Part shown: piece by piece, positions 34,942-53,328 of the stretch
How the letters are laid out: each line of letters opens with the position of its first letter
Numbering within the stretch: position 1 is the first letter of the stretch
Source of the DNA: a virus
Lineage: Duplodnaviria; Caudoviricetes
Virus record (IMG/VR): IMGVR_UViG_3300047480_000319
Location: 1 to 53,328 of that record
Reading direction: 5' to 3' (one strand)
DNA length: 53,328 nucleotides
Notes under the pieces: generated by a model
Told to the model about the DNA's origin: nothing
Seen by the model: only the letters and a program-made list of their open reading frames with translations
Database searches by the model: none
Position numbers and translations under genes: made by a program

Positions 34942-35481
34942 TTAGAATGTTCCAAAATCAATAATGTTATTTGGAGGGTCTATAAAGCTGCCGAAGTCTA
35001 ATGTGATACCACTATTTGGAGATCCATTGCCTCCTGCAGGATCATTAAAGCTCCCAAAATCGATTGTGAATTGATTTGAAGAAATTAATAGTTCTAACAT
35101 TCCCGCAATAATTGGAACATTATATCCGTAAATAGGAGCTAACACATCACCGTTAGTAATATAATGTCCATCTAAATCTAAATTCGCACCAAGTTTAGGA
35201 GCAGGGTCACTTTCTAATTTTGCTTGAGACTTAAGATCTATCGAAGTAGAGTTAGCACTAATATCTACAGTTGAATCGCTACTAACTAATGATTTAAATT
35301 CTAAGTTACTAATATTGAGTTGTGCAAAGATACCAACCCCAGATCCAAGATTAGTTCCGTTAGCAACACTTCCGGTCATATCTGCAAAGTTTTTATTAAC
35401 TTTATCAAATGCTGTTCTTAAATCATCCCCGGTTCCGTCATTAGCATATACACCGAGATTAATTGTTCTAAATTGTGGCAT
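34942..35481 (-). CDS. Baseplate/tail-fibre connector-like protein
   Basis: INLGVYANDGTGDDLRTAFDKVNKNF resembles the T4 gp9/gp10 N-terminus. Confidence 0.65.
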   Translation of the reverse strand: MPQFRTINLGVYANDGTGDDLRTAFDKVNKNFADMTGSVANGTNLGSGVGIFAQLNISNLEFKSLVSSDSTVDISANSTSIDLKSQAKLESDPAPKLGANLDLDGHYITNGDVLAPIYGYNVPIIAGMLELLISSNQFTIDFGSFNDPAGGNGSPNSGITLDFGSFIDPPNNIIDFGTF

Positions 35482-35490
35482 TTTAACTCC

Positions 35491-36231
35491 TTATTGTATA
35501 TTTAACCTTTTTATAATCCAACCGCTCATATCGAATTCCCACCATTTTCTACCAAGATACGGATTAGATGGTTCAGCATGATGGTTATTGTGCCATCCTT
35601 CGCCCCACATTAGATAACCTAAAATAATATTATTTTTGCTAAAATCGGTAGTTTCGTAGTTTCTATATCCCCAAGTATGACCTATTATATTTACAGAACC
35701 GCCTATTAGTAATACTAATGCCGCAGGTGCTAGATATAGAGATACTGCTATCATAGGACTTATTAATAATAAAATAGTTAATAATATAAAATGTAGTTTA
35801 AAATAATGTCTGTGTAAAAATACATGTAACGAATCACGCCACAAATGTGGTACTCTTCGTATATTAGTTTCTGCAAACATTCCTCCTAGGTAAGAAATTA
35901 ATAAATTTTGTTTAGGATCGTGCGGGTCAGACTTTTGATCGGTAAATCGATGATGATCGTGATGCAAAGACACCCAAGCAATACTGCTACCGATCATAGA
36001 TAACGTTCCTGCTAATGTTCCAAAAATATGAAACCATCGAGGGCTAGACCAAGATCGATGCGATAAAAGTCTATGGAAAGTTATATTTGCTCCTAAACAA
36101 CTGAATATAAAAAATATTAAAAAGGCTAATATCCAGTTTACTAACGTACCGTAAACGATTAAGAATATTAGCCCTAAATAAGCTAGCAGATGTAAAAATA
36201 ATAATAGATAAGCATCGCGATGATTTTTCAT
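35491..36231 (-). CDS. Membrane fatty acid desaturase (delta-9/DesC-OLE1-like)
   Basis: His boxes HRLLSH, HHDHHRFTD and GEGWHNNHH, plus TM helices. Confidence 0.93.
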   Translation of the reverse strand: MKNHRDAYLLLFLHLLAYLGLIFLIVYGTLVNWILAFLIFFIFSCLGANITFHRLLSHRSWSSPRWFHIFGTLAGTLSMIGSSIAWVSLHHDHHRFTDQKSDPHDPKQNLLISYLGGMFAETNIRRVPHLWRDSLHVFLHRHYFKLHFILLTILLLISPMIAVSLYLAPAALVLLIGGSVNIIGHTWGYRNYETTDFSKNNIILGYLMWGEGWHNNHHAEPSNPYLGRKWWEFDMSGWIIKRLNIQ

Positions 36232-36252
36232 TTTAGATTAAAAAAGGTACTA

Positions 36253-36282
36253 ATTCTATCATCATAATCTGCAAAATATCAA
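36253..36282 (-). promoter_or_regulatory. Sigma70-like promoter for the desaturase (TTGATA-18-TAGAAT, TGn extension)
   Basis: Located in the 63-bp intergenic gap upstream of the desaturase. Confidence 0.5.
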
Positions 36283-36294
36283 GTTATTTCTATA

Positions 36295-39200
36295 TTAGTC
36301 CCAACCTGAGTTACTTTGCCAATGACCGTCTGTAAAGATCAGTGTACACATACCGCCGTTGCTAGCAGCATTATAATCTAAAAACGGATATAATGCAGTA
36401 TCGGTATATGTACCACCGTTAATTCTAGCATTAGACACTATAACGGTGACGGCAGACATAGTTGTTCCTGTCTGTGCTACTAGATACATGATTTGTCCTT
36501 CGACCCCATTAGCTAAGGTATAACTACCATCTTCTAGTTTGTTAACAGATTTTGTGATATCTATTTCTGTTGAATCATTAACAGATGCAACTTGAACATT
36601 TGATGTATTACCAGGTGTTCCACCTAACTCGCCGGCATCTAACTGAACAATAACAGTATTAACAGCAATAGGTCCACTATTAGCAGTGATTGTATAAATA
36701 GGCATACCGCTAGTTACTTGTACAGTAAATGTAATACCATTATAGGTAAACGGACCGTAACTACCGTCCGTTAATGAAACAGGCCATGTTGAATCTGATA
36801 AAGTTAAAGGAATACCAAGTCCTGCTGTAAAATCTTTAGTAGCTGTACTGTTAACTAACACACCCGGTAATCCGATACTACCGGTGGAACTAAATGTCCA
36901 AACATTGCCACCGTTAGCTGTGTTGATAGTTATATCTCCACCGCTTTCTGTATATAATGCAAGGGCTCCGCCGTTGTTAGCGGTAATTGTTACATTTCCA
37001 CCGACACCGTTAGTTGAACTGCCGCTTTCAATGTTAATATATCCGCCTGTGCCGTCCACAGTATTACCTGCCTGGAAGTTTAAGTAACCCCCGGATCCTG
37101 TACCATATGCTCTACCGGCACGAATCTTGATGTCACCACCACTACCATTAACATCTCCGCCTGGGCCTGCCCATAAGTAAACATCTCCACCTTCACCGCC
37201 TGTGCCGGCAAGTCCCGGAGCACCTTGTATAATAATACGTTCAGCATTAGAGTTGGTTTCTGTGCTAGGAGGTCCAAAAATAATTGCCTGCTGTGTTGGA
37301 TCAGAAAATTTAATAGTCTGTCCAATGCCACTAGGAGTAGCATTGTCGCTGATAGGTACAGTTAATGTTGGGAAGGTAGTTTCGCCATTATTTTTAAATG
37401 TCCAAACATGAGTACTAGTTCCGATGCTGATAGGACCTTCCTTAGTAAGTTTTAGATATTTGTTATCGTCACCAAAATATTGATCAAACAAAGTATCGTC
37501 ACTAGTATCTAAATGTAAATGAGTAGGATTATCGCCACCGCGGAATCTCCAATATTGATTGTTTGCAAACAGATCTGGGCCCGGTGCAATATATAAACCG
37601 CCAAGACCGCTGTCGTCGCCGGTGCCTATTAGTGTCACATCGTCAACTGTAATATTCCCTAAACCTATACCTTGTCTATATCTTGTGCCAATTAAGAAGT
37701 TACTGCTTTCTGGCGTAACAGATACGCTAGTAACTAATACTGTTTGAGAAGAATCAGTTTTATTAGCAGATGAGACTGTGATATCGCTAGCAGTGCCGTT
37801 TAATATTCCGCTAAAACTAGAACCTTTAAAATCCCAATTGCCTACAGAGAAAAGAGAACCACTACTAGAAACTTGGGCCACCACTGCATATGGCTGTGTG
37901 CCAGGATCACCAAATGTGCCAGACACGACTAAGTATCCGGTTCTAACAGCAAGATTACTGCCTCCTCGACCGCTAAACCAAGCAGTACCACCAAACGACC
38001 ATGTTGTGGTGTTATCCAGCAATCGCTGCCATACTACTAGTCCGCTAGTATCATATTTGGCTAACACTAGACTATAATCTGATGTTGCATTAGTTCCTGT
38101 TACTGCACTAAGGTATACGCAATCATCCGGACCTACAACGATGCTAGTAGCAAAATCGTCACAATCGCCTACCACTCTACGTGTCCACTGTTTAGCACCA
38201 TTGCTATCTAATTTAAATATAGCCATAGCACTAGTAGTTCCGCCATTATAATCTCTTTGATAACTACCGCAAACATAAATGTTACCGAGACTGTCGATGT
38301 CTGCATCTGCGCCTTTACAATCGTAGCCACTATCAAACTGTATAGCTTTTTGCCACTGTATTGATCCGTCACTGCCATACTTAACTACTAGCATTTGATC
38401 ATAGATGTCACCTAATGTAACAGTTGCTACTTTAACTGACAAATTGTCTACGCCACTAGCACCTCCTAGTGTTGATCCATCTATTTGACCTATTGTATCA
38501 TTTTGTGACCAGTTACCTCGAGTATCGCTTATCACAGTAAAACTAGGAACACCGTCTGTAAAAGAAACATCGAATGTTACACCATCTATGAACACCCCCG
38601 TATAAGTACCGGACCAGTTAACATTACTGACAGGATCACTAGTTAGAGTAGCTACAGTATTGATCAACCCAATATTATCCATGAATCCAACAGCGACAAT
38701 TTCACCGTTAGGACCGACAGCCATACCTAAGGCCTGCTCGTCATTCTGTCCGTTGAGTTTTCTACTCCATATCACAGTACCGTCTGTAGCGTCGACTTTA
38801 GTAGTAGTAATCCAACCATCACCGTCGTCAACATAACCGACCATTACAGGATTACCGTCGCTAGCTATATCAACTACAGCACTATTGCTTGCGAAATTAA
38901 AATCGTAATATTTCATCCATATTAAATTACCATTAACTGAATTTAATTTTGTTAAAGTTGATGTTTGATACGACTCGGGTGAACCTGTACCTTCAGATTC
39001 TCCTGCTATATAGACATAACCGTTGACATTATCAATAGCAAGTCCCCATCCGTCTGTGTATTGTGATTCTTGAAATCTCACAGACCAAAGTTTAGTACCA
39101 GCAGAATCAAACTTCGCCACACTAAAATAATTGGCCGGATTTATTGGATCAATATGCGAAAACAATGCAACTATGTTTCCGTCTGCATCATATTCTACGC

Positions 39201-39888
39201 TAGATGCTGCTTGAGGAATATCTGTTGGATCATTATCTGTGATAAATGTCTGTACCCAAATGTTATTATCTACGCTGTTAGTTCCAGGATTGGCTGCATA
39301 AGTAAATTCACCGCTAGTCGGATTGTAGTATGCAATATAATCGTCAAATTGTTCTTCGCGAACAGGTTTGACAAAGAATCCTGCTTCGTCTGGATCTAAA
39401 TTTTGCCCTGTAGCATTTAGTGTGATACTGTTAGCAGGAGCAGAGGTATATGCTGCTCTATGTCCAATAGCAATCGCATCGGCACCTATGCCATCATCGT
39501 CGCCCCAGCCTGCTTGGTAGCCTATGGCAATACTATTAGCACCTTGGTCCCAACCTACGTCATCATTACCGATAGCAATGGCGTTGTCACCGTGCGAGCC
39601 TTCTCCATCTACCCCTGTTCCGATACCCAGAGCAGGACCGTAGTTATCGCCTTGACCTTCAACACTTGGAGTTTTTTTGAAAACTACTATCTGAACTTTT
39701 TGTTCTTCACTTTCTGTATTCAAAGTTAAAATGAATTCTTCAAATCCTACACTAGGATTTACTGGGGTTGATGTTGATACTCCATCTAACCCTGATCCGC
39801 CGAGTAACGAATCGCCGTTTTCGTCTACAATATCATCTCCTGTTAGAATTTTAATACCGTCTTGAGTTTCAAATGGTTTGTTTGCCAT
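36295..39888 (-). CDS. Tail fibre / receptor-binding-like protein with a beta-propeller
   Basis: YadA-head-like (A/S)IAIG repeats, K(Y/F/L)D..G...W propeller repeats and Gly-rich GG.(V/I).I repeats. Confidence 0.7.
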   Translation of the reverse strand: MANKPFETQDGIKILTGDDIVDENGDSLLGGSGLDGVSTSTPVNPSVGFEEFILTLNTESEEQKVQIVVFKKTPSVEGQGDNYGPALGIGTGVDGEGSHGDNAIAIGNDDVGWDQGANSIAIGYQAGWGDDDGIGADAIAIGHRAAYTSAPANSITLNATGQNLDPDEAGFFVKPVREEQFDDYIAYYNPTSGEFTYAANPGTNSVDNNIWVQTFITDNDPTDIPQAASSVEYDADGNIVALFSHIDPINPANYFSVAKFDSAGTKLWSVRFQESQYTDGWGLAIDNVNGYVYIAGESEGTGSPESYQTSTLTKLNSVNGNLIWMKYYDFNFASNSAVVDIASDGNPVMVGYVDDGDGWITTTKVDATDGTVIWSRKLNGQNDEQALGMAVGPNGEIVAVGFMDNIGLINTVATLTSDPVSNVNWSGTYTGVFIDGVTFDVSFTDGVPSFTVISDTRGNWSQNDTIGQIDGSTLGGASGVDNLSVKVATVTLGDIYDQMLVVKYGSDGSIQWQKAIQFDSGYDCKGADADIDSLGNIYVCGSYQRDYNGGTTSAMAIFKLDSNGAKQWTRRVVGDCDDFATSIVVGPDDCVYLSAVTGTNATSDYSLVLAKYDTSGLVVWQRLLDNTTTWSFGGTAWFSGRGGSNLAVRTGYLVVSGTFGDPGTQPYAVVAQVSSSGSLFSVGNWDFKGSSFSGILNGTASDITVSSANKTDSSQTVLVTSVSVTPESSNFLIGTRYRQGIGLGNITVDDVTLIGTGDDSGLGGLYIAPGPDLFANNQYWRFRGGDNPTHLHLDTSDDTLFDQYFGDDNKYLKLTKEGPISIGTSTHVWTFKNNGETTFPTLTVPISDNATPSGIGQTIKFSDPTQQAIIFGPPSTETNSNAERIIIQGAPGLAGTGGEGGDVYLWAGPGGDVNGSGGDIKIRAGRAYGTGSGGYLNFQAGNTVDGTGGYINIESGSSTNGVGGNVTITANNGGALALYTESGGDITINTANGGNVWTFSSTGSIGLPGVLVNSTATKDFTAGLGIPLTLSDSTWPVSLTDGSYGPFTYNGITFTVQVTSGMPIYTITANSGPIAVNTVIVQLDAGELGGTPGNTSNVQVASVNDSTEIDITKSVNKLEDGSYTLANGVEGQIMYLVAQTGTTMSAVTVIVSNARINGGTYTDTALYPFLDYNAASNGGMCTLIFTDGHWQSNSGWD

Positions 39889-39902
39889 GTTAATTCTTCC
39901 TA

Positions 39903-40390
39903 TTAATCTCTTGTACTTATCTCAATCGAATGTATACGTAAACTGACGCTAGAATTGCAAGCAGCAGTTTTTGTTCCAATAATTTCGATTAAGTTAGTAG
40001 TAATATTTCTTTGTGCTGTAAAAGTGACTAGTGGTTGTGTACTAGTATAAACATTTCCGTATACGGTCATTGCAGGAGCTCCAGATCCGAGTCCGCCTCG
40101 ACATGCAAGTATTGCTTCGCATGACTGACTATGCCATCCGGAACTATCTGCTACTTCAGATGCTTCTGCTTGAATTACCAATTTAGCACTGCTAATGTTT
40201 ATTGCCGAGCTAGTCCAAACTACATTAGATGAGCTTACTATATCACCGGTTTGTATTAGTGCAGGTACATTTAATCCTGTAGAGGAATATAGTTCGGTAA
40301 AGTTTTGATTAACTTTATCAAACGCAGTTCGGATTAAATCTCCACTTCGATCATTTGGATTTAATCCGATATTAATAAGTTGTTGCGACA

Positions 40391-40391
<1 letters not shown>
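39903..40391 (-). CDS. Baseplate/tail-fibre connector-like protein
   Basis: INIGLNPNDRSGDLIRTAFDKVNQNF gp9/gp10-like N-terminus. Confidence 0.6.
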
Positions 40392-51280
<10,889 letters not shown>

Positions 51281-51363
51281 TTATTAAACTCCAAAAATTT
51301 AACCATAATTAGTTGTATAGGGTATTTATCAGAAAATTTTTATAATCTTAACGTAAATAAATT

Positions 51364-51651
51364 ATGATAATTAGAACAGAGTATCTCAAGAAAGAATATC
51401 AAAGACCTAGTAAGTTAGGAAAGACGCATTCTTACTACCGTCATCAAACAATTTTAATCATTCGATGCGACAAATGCGGAATAGAATTTAAACGAGAAAG
51501 AGGATCAATGAATCCAAAAAGAATAAACAACAATGTTTATCATGTATGCAATTGTTGCGATTCAAAAAGATTTGCACAAGAGAAGGGAGTTGAACGCAGA
51601 CATATTTGGGACATGCCAGTTTCGAGCCTTAAAACACTAGACCAACTATAA
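51364..51651 (+). CDS. Putative zinc-binding protein
   Basis: CDKC...CNCC Cys pairs; TAAATA immediately upstream. Confidence 0.7.
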   Translation: MIIRTEYLKKEYQRPSKLGKTHSYYRHQTILIIRCDKCGIEFKRERGSMNPKRINNNVYHVCNCCDSKRFAQEKGVERRHIWDMPVSSLKTLDQL

Positions 51652-51675
51652 ATAACCTACAATGGAGAATAACAT

Positions 51676-51909
51676 ATGTTAGCATTCTTAAAAAAATTGT
51701 TAGGTCTAGATAATAAAGATGTATGGGCACCGTCACCGGAGTTAGTGACAGAAGCCGAAAAAGTTCAAGTAGTTGAAAAGAAAGCGCCAAAATCTTCTTT
51801 ACCTAAAAAGACTGTAGCAAAGAAAACAACAACAAAAAGAGAAAAACCTTCACTTAAAGTTGTAAAGACGGAACCGAAGAAACGCGGACGTCCTGCTAAA
51901 TCAAAGTAA
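51676..51909 (+). CDS. Small basic protein with an AT-hook-like motif
   Basis: Lys-rich with KKRGRPAK; TATAAATA at 51647-51654 and a GGAG SD. Confidence 0.7.
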   Translation: MLAFLKKLLGLDNKDVWAPSPELVTEAEKVQVVEKKAPKSSLPKKTVAKKTTTKREKPSLKVVKTEPKKRGRPAKSK

Positions 51910-51912
51910 AAT

Positions 51913-51934
51913 AAAAGGGCTTAATTGCCCTTTT
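51913..51934. terminator. Bidirectional intrinsic terminator
   Basis: AAAAGGGC-ttaatt-GCCCTTTT between convergent genes. Confidence 0.85.
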
Positions 51935-52172
51935 ATTTTGATAATACATGAATGAGAAATTGATGTTTTTCAACATATACAGTAGTTGTTAAAAGATCAT
52001 CTGCATATCTTACAAACATTGTACCGGTATAACATTTCTTAAACCATAAGAGTTTATGACTGAAAAAACATCTTCTTGGCCTTAAACAAAAATGTAAAGT
52101 CTTCTCCCACCATATCCTATCAATCTCATAGGGGAAGAAATAGTTTGCCATTGCAGTTACTTTTGCGCCCAT
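51933..52172 (-). CDS. Hypothetical protein
   Basis: 79-aa ORF following uvsE; start could be the later ATG (MANYFF). Confidence 0.55.
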   Translation of the reverse strand: MGAKVTAMANYFFPYEIDRIWWEKTLHFCLRPRRCFFSHKLLWFKKCYTGTMFVRYADDLLTTTVYVEKHQFLIHVLSK

Positions 52173-53176
52173 TGCTCGTATAGTTTTTTACTTGCTAGAT
52201 TCTTAGCCTTTGCTTCGCACATGATATCGAACTGATCGATAAAGCTCAAAGCCCACTGGTTGACAGCATTGTTCCAATAGAAGTCTGAATGTGCGCGAAG
52301 GTGTTGCTTCTTATGTCCGGTCTCTAAAAGTTGAGTAAAGTTTGGAAGAGTGTTTGGGCAATGGGCAACCACCACATTCTCACGGCTAACACTATAATGA
52401 CAAGTTGGCCGATTACCGCGCCAAGAGTCAATAACCCGTGCAACTCGGTCGTCGTTGGGTTGTATATACTCTCCAGAATGAATCCAATGGTGATGTATAT
52501 CGAGCACAATAGGCAAAATGTCAGCAAGCTGAAGACAAGTATCGAGTCCATGTGAGTTCTCCTCGTTTTCGATAGTTAAGCAGTTGCGTGCTTCGGGTGT
52601 AAGTTTCTTGTAGGCAGCACGAATACCGTTAGGGCCTTGTCTACCGGAGATATGAACATTAATCTTCATATCTTGAAATTGTCGACCAAAGCCCATCCAG
52701 CGAGCCATGTCTACATGATACTCAAATTCCTCAATAGAGCGATTAACAATGTCCGGATTATCACTTGCCATAACACAAAACTGCCCAGGATGAAAAGACA
52801 ACCGTACATTACGATCGCGGGCAATACGTCCGACTTCCGCAAAAGTCCTTGCTGCATAATCTTTAACATCTGCTTGATGCCAAAAATACTTGTAGTTATC
52901 ATGTGTATAGACAGGAAGAATATCGCTGCTAATACGCACCATTCTAAGATGCTCATCTAACTCTCCTACTCGTTGCACGAGTCGACGAGTTGCTTCAATA
53001 TTCTGTTTCATCAAAGACCACAGTTTATCTTCGGCAATCGATCGTGACTGTCTATTTAACCAAGCGACTGTAGTAGTACCAGTATTGTACTTTTTACAGT
53101 CGTCGGTTGATTTGATACCATCGACCTGTCCGGCATGATCGATCCATTTACAAGCAAAGCCAATTTTATTAGTCAT
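52157..53176 (-). CDS. uvsE: UV-damage endonuclease
   Basis: IGFAC, RISSD, RLSFHPGQF, INVH, IENEE, LDIHHH, AHSD and IMCEAKAK motifs. Confidence 0.93.
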   Translation of the reverse strand: MTNKIGFACKWIDHAGQVDGIKSTDDCKKYNTGTTTVAWLNRQSRSIAEDKLWSLMKQNIEATRRLVQRVGELDEHLRMVRISSDILPVYTHDNYKYFWHQADVKDYAARTFAEVGRIARDRNVRLSFHPGQFCVMASDNPDIVNRSIEEFEYHVDMARWMGFGRQFQDMKINVHISGRQGPNGIRAAYKKLTPEARNCLTIENEENSHGLDTCLQLADILPIVLDIHHHWIHSGEYIQPNDDRVARVIDSWRGNRPTCHYSVSRENVVVAHCPNTLPNFTQLLETGHKKQHLRAHSDFYWNNAVNQWALSFIDQFDIMCEAKAKNLASKKLYEQWAQK

Positions 53177-53182
53177 ATACAT

Positions 53183-53210
53183 AGTTTAACACAGATAAAT
53201 AAAAAGTCAA
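53183..53210 (-). promoter_or_regulatory. Sigma70-like promoter for uvsE (TTGACT-16-TAAACT, TGn extension)
   Basis: ATG 53176 lies 6 nt downstream of the -10. Confidence 0.5.
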
Positions 53211-53211
53211 T

Positions 53212-53275
53212 AAAAATGTCTATCGCGGTATTGGCGTACCCATAGACTCTAACGCTTACAAGGAGCATCAGCAAT
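53212..53275 (-). ncRNA. Candidate small two-hairpin RNA
   Basis: CTGATGCT/AGCGTTAG and GTCTAT-G-GGTA/TACC-GCG-ATAGAC stems, T-run after, TAAGTA before. Confidence 0.35.
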
Positions 53276-53328
53276 GTACTTATCTAACAAATATACAGTA
53301 TGGTATTTTAATATCATTAATCGAGCAC

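Noticed and set aside
53249-53275. Hammerhead ribozyme (CUGAUG seen)
   Set aside because: The core reads CUGAUGC, and no GAAA element or three-way junction is apparent

Overview
The window is a gene-dense, AT-rich fragment of a large T4-like (Caudoviricetes) phage genome. It is almost entirely on the minus strand and uses the standard genetic code. The host is probably Gram-negative, since a two-component spanin pair is present. From left to right it holds: a 5'-3' exonuclease; a 7-deazaguanine DNA-modification cluster (queE, B12-radical SAM, folE, phosphoribosyltransferase, glycosyltransferase, DpdL-like T-fold protein, DpdA/TGT-like transglycosylase, with no canonical queD or queC in the window); sliding clamp, family B DNA polymerase and a DsbA-like protein; a block of probable internal head proteins; ClpA and DnaJ; a lysis cassette (holin, lipoproteins, spanins, GH19 endolysin); PhoH, dCMP deaminase, clamp loader, GroES and a stand-alone DnaE fragment; baseplate and tail genes with an inserted fatty acid desaturase and a 3628-aa tail protein; and UvsE. 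Two promoter classes are visible: sigma70-like (several predicting leaderless mRNAs) and T4-late-like TAAATA. The most notable candidates are (1) a deazaguanine cluster with extra tailoring enzymes that may make an undescribed base, (2) seven phycobiliprotein-like CxRD helical repeats in the giant tail protein, and (3) structured leader RNAs before polB (tandem pseudoknots), phoH (two-state RBS switch) and folE. All family calls come from motif recognition by eye; no database searches were run.
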